Program-made: the position numbers and the translations under genes | In this document: positions 45,253 to 54,789 of the stretch, piece by piece | Position numbering within the stretch: position 1 is the first letter of the stretch | Layout of the letters: each line of letters starts with the position of its first letter | Origin: Phaeosaccion multiseriatum | Taxonomy: Eukaryota > Protista > Ochrophyta, other classes | Assembly (NCBI GenBank): GCA_965112735.1 | Contig: OZ218962.1 | Span: forward strand, 2,976,001 to 3,040,000 | DNA: 64,000 bases | Direction of reading: 5' to 3' | Notes under the pieces: generated by a model | Told to the model about the DNA's origin: nothing | The model's input: only the letters and a program-made list of their open reading frames with translations | Databases searched by the model: none

Positions 45253-46751
45253 GGTGGCCCTGTCTTAAGCAGAAAAAAAGAGTGGGTGTGACAAGCAGTC
45301 GAAGCAGGGAGGATTGTGTGCGTCTCATGGAGCTGTGAGGAAGAGGTGCTCTGTCGAAGGGTGTGAAAAGCGGTCGAGGCAGGGAGGATTATTTATTTCG
45401 CATGGAGCTGTGAGGAAGAGGTGTAGTGAAGGGGGCTGCAACAAGTACCCTCAGCGTGGTTTAGGTGGGATGTGCATCAGACACGCTCGAATGAAACGAG
45501 AGAGAGGAGAGCAGCAGGAGGGGGGGCTTCAGTGTGCGCCTGGATCTAAGCGACGAGCTGCAACCGACATCCGTGGGAGAGAAGGGAAGAGGGCAAGACT
45601 TCCAACCAAGGAAGAAGACAATGAAGAGAACGACAGGAAGGAGGAGAGTGGGGAAGGATTGATTGCGAGGCTGGGGCTCCATGTCGGGGACGAGGTTCAG
45701 CTGCCCGCTGGTCTGTGGAGGGAGCTGGAGGGTGGTGGGGCTGAGGCTGCCGCGGTGTGCTTGGGCCATCGAGACACAGAGCTGTCGAATGGCGTGGTGG
45801 TGACTGTGGGCCGGAGGAGGGTGAGGCTACTGCCCTACTGTGCGGTCCGCACCAAGAGGAAGGGGGCCAGCGTGGAGAGCATTGTTGGAGGCTTTGTGTC
45901 TGCCTACCACCGCTATCGCTCAGGTGGAGGGGGTGATGATGCTGATGACGAGAAGCGAGAGGAGGAGTGGGCGGTGCTGGAGGAGAGCATGGTGACGGCG
46001 AGTGAGAGAAAGAAGCGCGGGCGGAAGGCGCTGCGAGCGTGCGTGCGTGTGGAGGGCCCAAGGTCGGGTCTTGAGCTGTGAAGACCCGATGACGAGAAGT
46101 GGTGCTCTGTCATTCAGTATCTAATAGATTGTCTGCTGGAAGCAGATGCACTGATGCAGTGTATGGAGAGTGGACAGGGGGTGGGAAGGGACAGAGGGGG
46201 GTAACATGGAGGAGGGGCTGGCTTGGGCGAATGAGCACTCGGCAACCATCAAGGCACGGAGGTGGCCAAAGCCTGCGCTCCGACGATTGATCGAAGTATA
46301 CGTCAAAGAAGGAAGGCAGGTCTAGACTGACACTTCAGAAGGAGTTTGACACCTCAAGATTGATCGAAGTATACGTCAAAGAAGGAAGGCAGGTCTAGTG
46401 TGAGTCCCTCATCATGAGGTTAGAAAGCACACAGAGCCTCCTCCCATGTCTGTGGAACCGGTCCTGGAACCTGCTCCTTCCTTACCACCGTAGAGGCAAC
46501 AGCGGGGATGAAGGCCAACAGGGTGGTTACGCCTCAAGGTAGGCAGCAGCAGCCATTGAGGCTCGACCAAGGCCTTTAGCCTGGATGTGTTCCCCTGTGA
46601 CTGAGAGGAGCCTGACTCCTAACTCAAGATCTTATCTCTGGCCGGCGGGAGCGAGATTGAGAGAGTATAAAATCGAAGAGAATGGTCGCCCGTATGCCTC
46701 TAATTCATTGACTTTCTGTACGGAGAGGGGGACCTCGGACCTCCGCCCCCT

Positions 46752-47181
46752 GCAAGGAAAAGAGTAGAACAGATCGACCCATCGGCAGTAGCAGCAGCAG
46801 TACCATCAGCAGCGGGAGCAGCAACTTCACCCCGCCCCCCGAAGCAAGGAGTAGAACACATCCACCCATCGGGGCGCCATCAGCAGCGGCAGCAGCAACT
46901 TCACCCCCCCCCCCCCCCCTGCAAGGAAAAGAGTAGAACACATCGACCCATCGGAAGTAGCAGCAGCGGTACCATCAGCAGCGGGAACAGCAACTCCCCC
47001 CCCCCCCCCCCCGAAGCAAGGAGTAGAACACATCGACCCATCGGCAGTAGCAGCAGCGGTACCATCAGCAGCGGGAGCAGCAACTTCACCCCCCCTTCCC
47101 CCCACCCCCCGAAGCAAGGAGTAGAACACATCGACCCATCGGCAGCAGCAGCAGCGGCACCATCAGCAGCGGCAGCAGCAA
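46752..47181. repeat. ~90-bp imperfect tandem repeat (x5) ending in poly-C
   Basis: GCAAGGA..GTAGAACACATCGACCCATCGGCAGTAGCAGCAGC..CAACTTCACCCC units. Confidence 0.8.
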
Positions 47182-47517
47182 CGTCATCAACGTAGTTATA
47201 ATTCACTCTTTTCCCCTCTTTAAGCCACTTCTCTAGGGGCTTCCCTTTAGCCCAATAAGGAGAGACAGCCGACGGCATTTTCAGCAGCAGGCAGCAGCAG
47301 CAGCAGCAGCAAGGCGTGCAAAGGGCAGACGTCGCCACTGTCTACAAAGAGAGGCTTCCCGTTAACTCAAGTCAAGAGGAGAAACGAGAGAGTGTTACCT
47401 TACCGAGCTTGACTCCCAACGGAAGTAGCAGCAGTGACAAAAGCAGTGGCAGGAGGAGCAGCAACAGCAAGGCGTTCGAGTATTTCAAAGACACCACTGG
47501 AGCCTTGGAGGGAAGCT

Positions 47518-49694
47518 ATGCCAAGAGTGTGTAAAGTTGAGGGGTGTCAAAAGCAGTCGGTTCAGGGAGGGTTGTGTGTGTCCCATGGAGCTCAAGTGAA
47601 GAGGTGCTCTGTCGAGGGGTGTCAAAAGTATTCGAAGCAGGGAGGATTGTGTACGTCTCATGGAGCCGTGACCAAGAGGTGCTCTGTCGAGGGGTGTCAA
47701 ACGCAGTCGAAGCAGGGAGGATTGTGTGTGTCCCATGGAGCTGTGACCAAGAGGTGTTCTATCGAGGGGTGTGACATGTATATTAGAGCTTATGGGCTCA
47801 GTATTGGAGCGCTCGAGGTAAGTTGTAACCATGTGTAGATGCGTGTATGTGTGGTATTGATGGAGCGTGATGTGGAGGGGAAGAGGATGGTAAGGGTGGT
47901 AGAGTAGAGGATAATGGGGAATGGGAAGGGAGTGAGGGGGGGAGGAGGGGATGAAGGGGTGTGGGAAGGAGTGAGGTGGTGGAGGTGATATGTGAACTAT
48001 CCTACTGTGGGTGGTGCGGGTGACAAGGCGTGACTAACTGTGGTTGCTATGCTGTGTGCTGATGGTCTCGCTGTCTGCTGGCTGGTGTACTCCTGCTCCT
48101 CAGGCGGCCGCTCCGTCGATGGCTCCCATGAGCCCCCAGTCGAGGGTTTCTGCTGCTTCGTGCTGCGTCATCGTGGCTCGAAGGAGGGTGCCATACCTGA
48201 TCTCCCGCTGTGAGAGGGCGCGTTGAAGGGCGAGGGACAGTTGTTGGCGCAGGAGGCCCTTGATGGGGCCCGTGGCTGCCGCCGCTGCGGGGCCGAGCCC
48301 TGTGACAAGCAGTCTAGGCAGGGAGGATTGTGTGCGTCTCATGGAGCCGTGACCAAGAGGTGTTCTGTCGAGGGGTGTCAAAAGAGGCGTGTCCAGGGAG
48401 GATTGTGTACGTCTCATGGAGCCGTAGTCAAGAGGTGTTCTGTCGAGGGGTGTCAAAAGAGGCGTGTCCAGGGAGGATTATGTACGTCTCATGGAGCTGT
48501 GAGGAAGAGGTGTTCTGTCGAGGGGTGTCAAAAGCACTCGGTTCAGGGAGGGTTGTGTGTGTCCCATGGAGCTCAAGTGAAGAGGTGTTCTGTCGAGGGG
48601 TGTCAAAAGCAGTCGAAGCAGGGAGGATTATGTGCGTCTCATGGAGCTGTGACCATGAGGTGTTCTGTCGAGGGGTGTCAAAAGCAGTCGAGGCGGGAGG
48701 ATTGTGTGCGTCTCATGGAGCTGTGACCAAGAAGTGTTCTGTCGAGGGGTGTCAAAAGCAGTCGCAGCAGGGAGGATTGTGTGCGTCTCATGGAGCTGTG
48801 ACCAAGAGGTGCTCTGTCGAGGGGTGTCAAAAGCAGTCGAAGCAGGGAGGATTGTGTGCGTCTCATGGGGCTCAACTCAAGAGGTGTTCTGTCGAGGGGT
48901 GTCAAAAGCAGTCGAGGCAGGGAGGATTGTGTGCGTCTCATGGGGCTCAACTCAAGAGGTGTTCTGTCGAGGGGTGTCAAAAGCAGTCGAGGCAGGGAGG
49001 ATTATGCACAGCCCATGGAGCTGTGAGGAAGAGGTGTAGCGAAGGGGGCTGCAACAAACACCCTCAGCATGGCTTAGGTGGGATGTGCATCAGACATGCA
49101 CGAATGAAACGAGAGAGAGCAGAGCAGCAGGAGGGGGGGCTTCAGTGTGCGCCTGGATCTAAGCGACGAGCTGCAACCGACATCCGTGGGAGAGAAGGGA
49201 AGAGGGCAAGACTTCCAACCAAGGAAGAAGACAACGAAGAGAACGACAGGGAGGAGGACAGTGGGGAAGGATTGATTGCGAGGCTGGGGCTCCATGTCGG
49301 GGACGAGGTTCAGCTGCCCGCTGGTCTGTGGCGGGAGCTGGAGGGTGGTGGGGCTGAGGCTGCCGCGGTGTGCTTGGGCCATCGAGACACAGAGCTGTCG
49401 AATGGCGTGGTGGTGACTGTGGGCCGGAGGAGGGTGAGGCTACTTCCCTACTGTGCGGTTCGCACCAAGAGGAAGGGGGCCAGCGTGGAGAGCATTGTTG
49501 GAGACTTTGTGTCCGCCTACCACCGGTACCGCTCAGGTGGAGGGGGTGATGATGCTGACGATGAGCAGCAGGAGGAGGAGTGGGCGGTGCTGGAGGAGAG
49601 CATGGTGACGGCGAGTGAGAGAAAGAAGCGCGGGCGGAAGGCGCTGCGAGCGTGCGTACGTGTGGAGGGCCCAAGCTCGGGGCTTGAGCTGTAG
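47518..49694 (+). pseudogene. WRKY19-like zinc-finger repeat gene B, 14 units of 75 bp; interrupted in unit 4 and frameshifted in unit 9
   Basis: Units at 47530, 47605, 47680, 47755, 48361, 48436, 48511, 48586, 48661 (1-nt deletion ~48694), 48735, 48810, 48885, 48960, 49035; same C-terminal domain as gene A. Confidence 0.88.
47777..48300 (-). mobile_element. 5'-truncated copy (524 bp) of the same retrotransposon
   Basis: Matches 38553-39076 with 2 differences seen; TSD TGTGACA (47770-47776, 48301-48307); 1-nt microhomology at the truncation. Confidence 0.93.
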
Positions 49695-50100
49695 ATACCC
49701 TGATGAGGCATGACCCCACCCACCCTGTGCTGTCCCCGCTCCATACAGTGAGTCGCCCTCACGGGCGGGACAACCTTGCCACCCTACCTGACCATCTTAA
49801 CTGTAACTACCTCCCTACTTTATTAATTAAGACCTGCAGACATATTTTTGTTTCCAAAGAAAGAACACATGTACTGGGAACTAGCAGTTGAGTGGCACTT
49901 TTGACGCCAAAAGAAAAAGATTTGACGCCATTTGACTTTACCTCTGAACACGTCTGACCACGTCACGTCTGACCCCCCCATCCGACCTACTTTGACCCCC
50001 TGCACCGTATGTTTGTAGCCCCGCATCTACCCTCTCACTCGGGGAGTGACGCCTGCTGCTGCTGTTTGGCTCGAAATCCTGCTGATGCCAAGTCCTCACC

Positions 50101-50490
50101 TCGGCCCCATGCACGCCTAGCGGCCTAGGCCTATTTGGGGAAATTGCCCGGCCTAGCGAGGGCCGTAGGCCCTCGGCCTATTTATATGCCGCCGCCTAGG
50201 GCAGACGCCAGCCAACTAGGCGGACGGTGGGAGTGCCCAGAGTGCAAAGAGTAGTCAGTTTCATTGCATGGGATTGGAAGTGAGGAGTAGACTTGGTTCG
50301 TGTTGTCTCTTCCGCCTCGCTGGCCCTACGAGGAGTGCAGACCTACAGGTGTGCTGCTACCCACTGGCTGGGCGGCACCACGCACGCGCCCACGGTCACT
50401 GGGAGGCGGCCTAGAGGCGGGCTATATAGGCCGCCTAGGACTGAAAAGTTAGCGGCCTAGAGCAAAACCGCTAGGCGTGCATGGGGCCGA
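50101..50490. mobile_element. MITE, 390 bp, 23-bp perfect TIRs, 6-bp TSD
   Basis: TCGGCCCCATGCACGCCTAGCGG (50101-50123) and its reverse complement (50468-50490); CTCACC on both sides (50095-50100, 50491-50496); internal GCCTAG motifs. Confidence 0.88.
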
Positions 50491-50558
50491 CTCACCGCTG
50501 CTGCGCTGCTGCTCTTCTCGCCACAGGAAAGTCTTCCTGTAGCTACTATTTTTTCTTG

Positions 50559-50595
<37 letters not shown>

Positions 50596-50654
50596 GCTCT
50601 CTCTGTGCGACCTCCCCTCCACGTCTCAGCCTCTCGCTGTCACACGAGACCAAC

Positions 50655-51670
50655 ACTGGGTCCCTCGGGTAGGTCTACAGGCGGCGGGAAGTCTCTCCCA
50701 TCCTTCAGCTCCGTCAGGCCAGCAGGGAGGCTCTCCAAACGGCAGGTATATCCTCATCCATCACCACATCCTCCACAACACAAGGAAGGATCGGGTGCTG
50801 ATGGTAGTCCGAGTTCTGGTCAAATTTGATCTTCTTGAGCGAGTCAGGCAGCTCCAGACGGAGGATAAAATCCCAACCCATCACCACCTCCTCCACACAG
50901 AAAGGAAGGTCCACGTGTTGATTGAAGTGCAGGCAAAATCGAACCTTCTTGAGCGAGGCAGGCAGCTCCAGAGGGGGGTTAAACTCACGCCCCCAATACC
51001 ACCTCCTCCGCACCACAAGGAAGGACCACCACGTGCTGAATAAAGCTCCCCACAAATGCCATCTCCCTTAGCGAGGCAGGCAGCTCCAGTGAGAAGTTAA
51101 ACTCACGCCCCATCACCACCTCCTCCACACCACAAGGAAGGTCCACGTGCTCATTGAAGTGCAGGCCAAATCGGACCTTCTTCAGCGAGGCAGGCAGCTC
51201 CAGTGAGAGGTTAAACTCACGCCCCATCTGCACCTCCTCCGCACCACAAGGAAGGGCCACGTGCTGATTGAAGAGCTTGCGAAATTTTGATCTTCTTCAG
51301 TGAGGCAGGCAGGTCCAGGGGGAGGTTGAACATATTCCCCATCACCACCTCCTCCACCCCACAAGGAAGGGTCACGTGCTGGTCGAGTTGAGATCCCTGC
51401 CAAATCTGACCTTCTTCAGGAAGGCAGGAAGGACCAGAGGACTAAACGCATCCCCCGTCTCCAGCTCCTCGATTGCGCTTGGTAGACACTCGCCGGCATG
51501 ATTGACAAAGTGGGAGAAGCCTTGGCCTCGTCCTCCGCATCTTGCCTGGCCCTTAGGCCAAGCTCCACCGCCGTCACGCGAAAGAAGCCTCTGCAATCAT
51601 CGCCTGCCTGCTGTTCCTTCTCCTCCTCCTCCTCTGTAGCACCCGAAGGTGAAGGGGGAAATGCAGCATT
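50655..51670 (-). pseudogene. FNIP-type LRR pseudogene D (A/B family)
   Basis: Same scaffold (LPCGVEEVVMGREFNFSLELPASL) split across frames; homologous N-terminal remnant and C-cap; shares the upstream GGAGCACCAACACCCC.AGATCGTCGC motif with A and B. Confidence 0.85.
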
Positions 51671-51756
51671 GACTCAGAGAGAAAAGGGGGAGGGGGGGTT
51701 GTGAGTATTGCGACGATCTGGGGGTGTTGGTGCTCCTCCTCCTCGCCCCCTCGACA

Positions 51757-54622
51757 TTACTTTTAGACAACCATAGATGGCACTTAAGGGTGTAATTACA
51801 ACCCCCTCGAACTTCGCCTCTAGAGGGTGCATTAATTCCTCCCCGAACTCCACTGCAGAAAGCTTGCGGCCACTCCATAAAGAATTGTCTAGAGGGGGCA
51901 CAAATCCCTCGGCTTTTGGCACCCGAAGGGAGAAGAAGGAGAGGCGTGGAGGGAAAAGGAAAAGTTTGGGGGGTAGGGCCAAGAAGAAGAATCAGTAGTG
52001 TGCACGGGGGAAGCAACCATGTCGCAGGGCCGTCATCGGCAGCTAAAAGTAGCGGGAGTGAGCGAAGACAGCCCCGCGCTGGATGAAGATCATCCCACCA
52101 ACGAAGACGCATGGTTCGCCGTGGACCTCAATGACCTTCTGAAGGCTCCCAAGCAGAAGGTAGGCAAGTGTGCTGTACCGGCCGGTTCCAGAGAGGGGTA
52201 GGCCGCAGGGAGAGAACAAGCAACAGGAGGAGAGAGACAGCAGGACAGAGGAAAGAGGGCGCGAGCAAGAGGGGGTGACAAAGAAAGGGAGCCAGAGAGA
52301 GCGGGTGAGAAGAATGAGAGAGGCAACGATAGGCCCAGCCATGCCCGGCCGCCACTGCCTATCGCTCTACGAATGAGTATGATCTCCCCTAGCTTTGTGC
52401 AGCTCCTCAACCCGCCTGCTGTACGCCCCCCCACCCCACCCCATCACCCCATCCCACCTCAGTCGGCCCGCCCGCTATCGTACGCCTTGGGGGTGATGGA
52501 CGGCCACGGGGGCAATAAAGCCGCACGGTTCTGCCGCGACCAATTGCCCTACGCTCTCGCCCACTGCGACCTCATGGAGTGCACAGACATGCGGCAGGAG
52601 GAGGCGCTCACGTCGGCGCTGGAGGTCGTCGTGGCTGGGGTGGAGGAGAGCTTCTGCGAGAGCTCCGCCCGTACTAAGGACAACTCGGGTATGGTAGGGC
52701 ATGGGTGTGGGGGTATAGAGCACCGGGTTGAGGGACATCTTCTACGCACTGAGCCCTTGCTCTGCTTCCTCTTTCCCCATCTTCCCTTTCCGCGCCGTCT
52801 CGCTCAGCTCTTGCATGGAAGAAAACACACAAGTGTGGCCTACCTTTCAATTCGATGACGCGCTCACTTGTTCTCATTCCCCTCCCTCCCTCACCCACTC
52901 TCTCCCCCTCTCTCTCCGTGCATGTCTCAAGGCACCTGCCTCGCTGTGCTGTTAATCCAAGGCGACGTGCTTGCCTCTGCGAACCTCGGTGATTGCCAAG
53001 CCATCCTGGTCCATCAGGATGGACACATCACCGAACTCACCCGACCACACCGCGCCAAGGACGAGGCAGAGCGCACTCGGATACGCAAGGCAGGGGGAAA
53101 GGTGGTCGATGGGCGTGTGCTCGGCGTGCTGGAGCCCTCCCGCTCGGTGGGAGATGTCGACGTGAAGAGGATATGTCCCAACGCCGTCAGCGCCACACCT
53201 TACGTGGCGTGTCACGCGCTGTTGCCGCCCGACTATGGCACCACCTTCGCAACGGGCAAGAGGGGCAGGAAGGCTTCTCGGGGGGGGCAGGGGCAGCGGG
53301 AGGGGCAGGAGCAAGGGCAAGGACAAGGGCAAGGACAAGGGCAGGGGATTTTACTCATCCTCGGGACAGATGGACTGTGGGACTTCGTCACCAAACAGGA
53401 GGTGGTCCATTTAGCCACGAGCTGCCATCTGTCCGACGGAGATGGCGGGCCAGAGGCGGCTGCTCAGAAGTTGGTGAGCACGGCCCGAGCGGCGGGCTCC
53501 ACCGATGACATCACTGCGGTGGTCGCTGTGCTGCGCTGAGGAAAGGGGCAGGGGAGCGGAGGGAGGAAGAAAGGGAGGGAGGGAGGGAGGGAGGGAGGAG
53601 GACTTTCTCCGCCCGTTCTTCAGTCCCGAGGGGGAGGGGCCCTTTGCGCTTTTCCTCCTAGTTTTATCCTTTCTGATCTGCCCTCGAGCACGGAGGAGGG
53701 ACCGACAACCTGAGGGGGGGGGGTGATACCCGAAGGAGGGCCTGATACCCCAAGGAGGGGCTGATGCTTCCTAGGGGGGGGCTGATGACCGACCAGCAGA
53801 CCAGCAGAGGATGTGGAGCGGCGGGGCCGTCCGCGCTACCCTCCACTGGCAGAGCACTCAAGCTTCTTGAGAGTGCTTCTTGAGTTGACGTGACGCACAA
53901 TCATCCCGGTGTTGGTACCGTAGGCCAAAGGGCAGCAAATGCGCGGCCCAAGCCCTCGTTTCCGGGTCGATAGACTCCTCGAGGGTGTGTAGGCCTTTGT
54001 GCAGCGCTTGTCCTAACGGCAGTGACATGATTGGGACCTACCCTCACCCATGCATGTCACTGCCATCGCAAGTTGTCAGCCATTTGCACAGATGCGAAGG
54101 TACGATGGTGCCCACGTTAGGGATTGGGACACGAATGCGCACACACACACACACACACACACGACTGCCCTAAATGTACAATAGAGAAATCATGAGTGAA
54201 TCCGTGAATCCATTCATCGCAAGCCTCACATCACGCGCGGGCGCTGCCCCCGAGGCTCAGGAGTGTGACACTCTCCTGCCTTGCCCTCGCCGCGGCCGCT
54301 CAACTTCATTCCGTCAGTCAGTCGGTCAGTCAGTGGGTCAGTCGGTTAGCCTCCAGAATGTGTCGCTTCTCCGTACTGCTGCTGCCTGCGACAGCCATGC
54401 ATCAACTGCCACCGACTACGGGACCTTGAGTTTGAGAGTCTGTGCGTGCGAAAACCATCCTACCATCCGCCCTCTCTTCTCGTGTGTTGCTCTACTGTAA
54501 ATGCATCCACACAGAGGATCTTCTATGTTAGGCCCGGGAAAGAAAAAAAGCAAAAAAGCCGTCAGAGTTTCGCTCGAAGATGTGTACACCCTTAAGTGCC
54601 ATCTATGGTTGTCTAAAAGTAA
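51757..54622. repeat. Perfect 38-bp inverted repeat pair (51757-51794 / 54585-54622) bracketing the PP2C gene
   Basis: TTACTTTTAGACAACCATAGATGGCACTTAAGGGTGTA and its exact reverse complement. Confidence 0.9.
52019..53539 (+). CDS. PP2C/PPM-family protein phosphatase (3 exons: ~52019-52159, ~52463-52688, ~52932-53539)
   Basis: NEDA, GVMDGHGG, SGTC, ANLGDC, SRSVGD, ILGTDGLWD and DDIT motifs. Confidence 0.9.
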
Positions 54623-54789
54623 CGCTCGAAGAGTTTGGGCCCGTGAGTGGGTTGGTCCTCCGGAGATCATCACAGCATACATCCATCCAGGAGGAGAAAA
54701 AAAAAACTAGAAGTCTCGACAGATGGTCAAGTGGGTGAGCAAAGGAGTCGGGGGAGGGAGCTCAGCGTAGGGACGAGAGAGCGAGAGAG

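Larger units (their letters stand above)
38553..45283 (-). mobile_element. CRE-like RLE-type non-LTR retrotransposon, apparently full length (6731 bp)
   Basis: Flanked by GGGTGTGAAA (38543-38552) and GGGTGTGACA (45284-45293), a 10-bp TSD with 1 mismatch; RT + CCHC + RLE; ~320-nt 3' UTR; no poly(A). Confidence 0.92.
38444..46081 (+). pseudogene. WRKY19-like (C-x4-C-x9-C-x2-H) zinc-finger repeat gene A, 4 units, interrupted by the retrotransposon in unit 2
   Basis: ATG 38444; CKVEGCQKYSQQGGLCTSHG; coding resumes after 45293 (KQSKQGGLCASHG) and runs to TGA 46081. Confidence 0.85.

Noticed and set aside
46285-46398. 41-bp direct repeat x2 with a 32-bp spacer as a mini-CRISPR
   Set aside because: Only two copies and no cas genes; a local duplication is the simpler explanation.
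38553-48300. The two matching 524-bp segments as LTRs
   Set aside because: They are the 3' end of a non-LTR element, each insertion has its own TSD, and there is no integrase, protease or gag.
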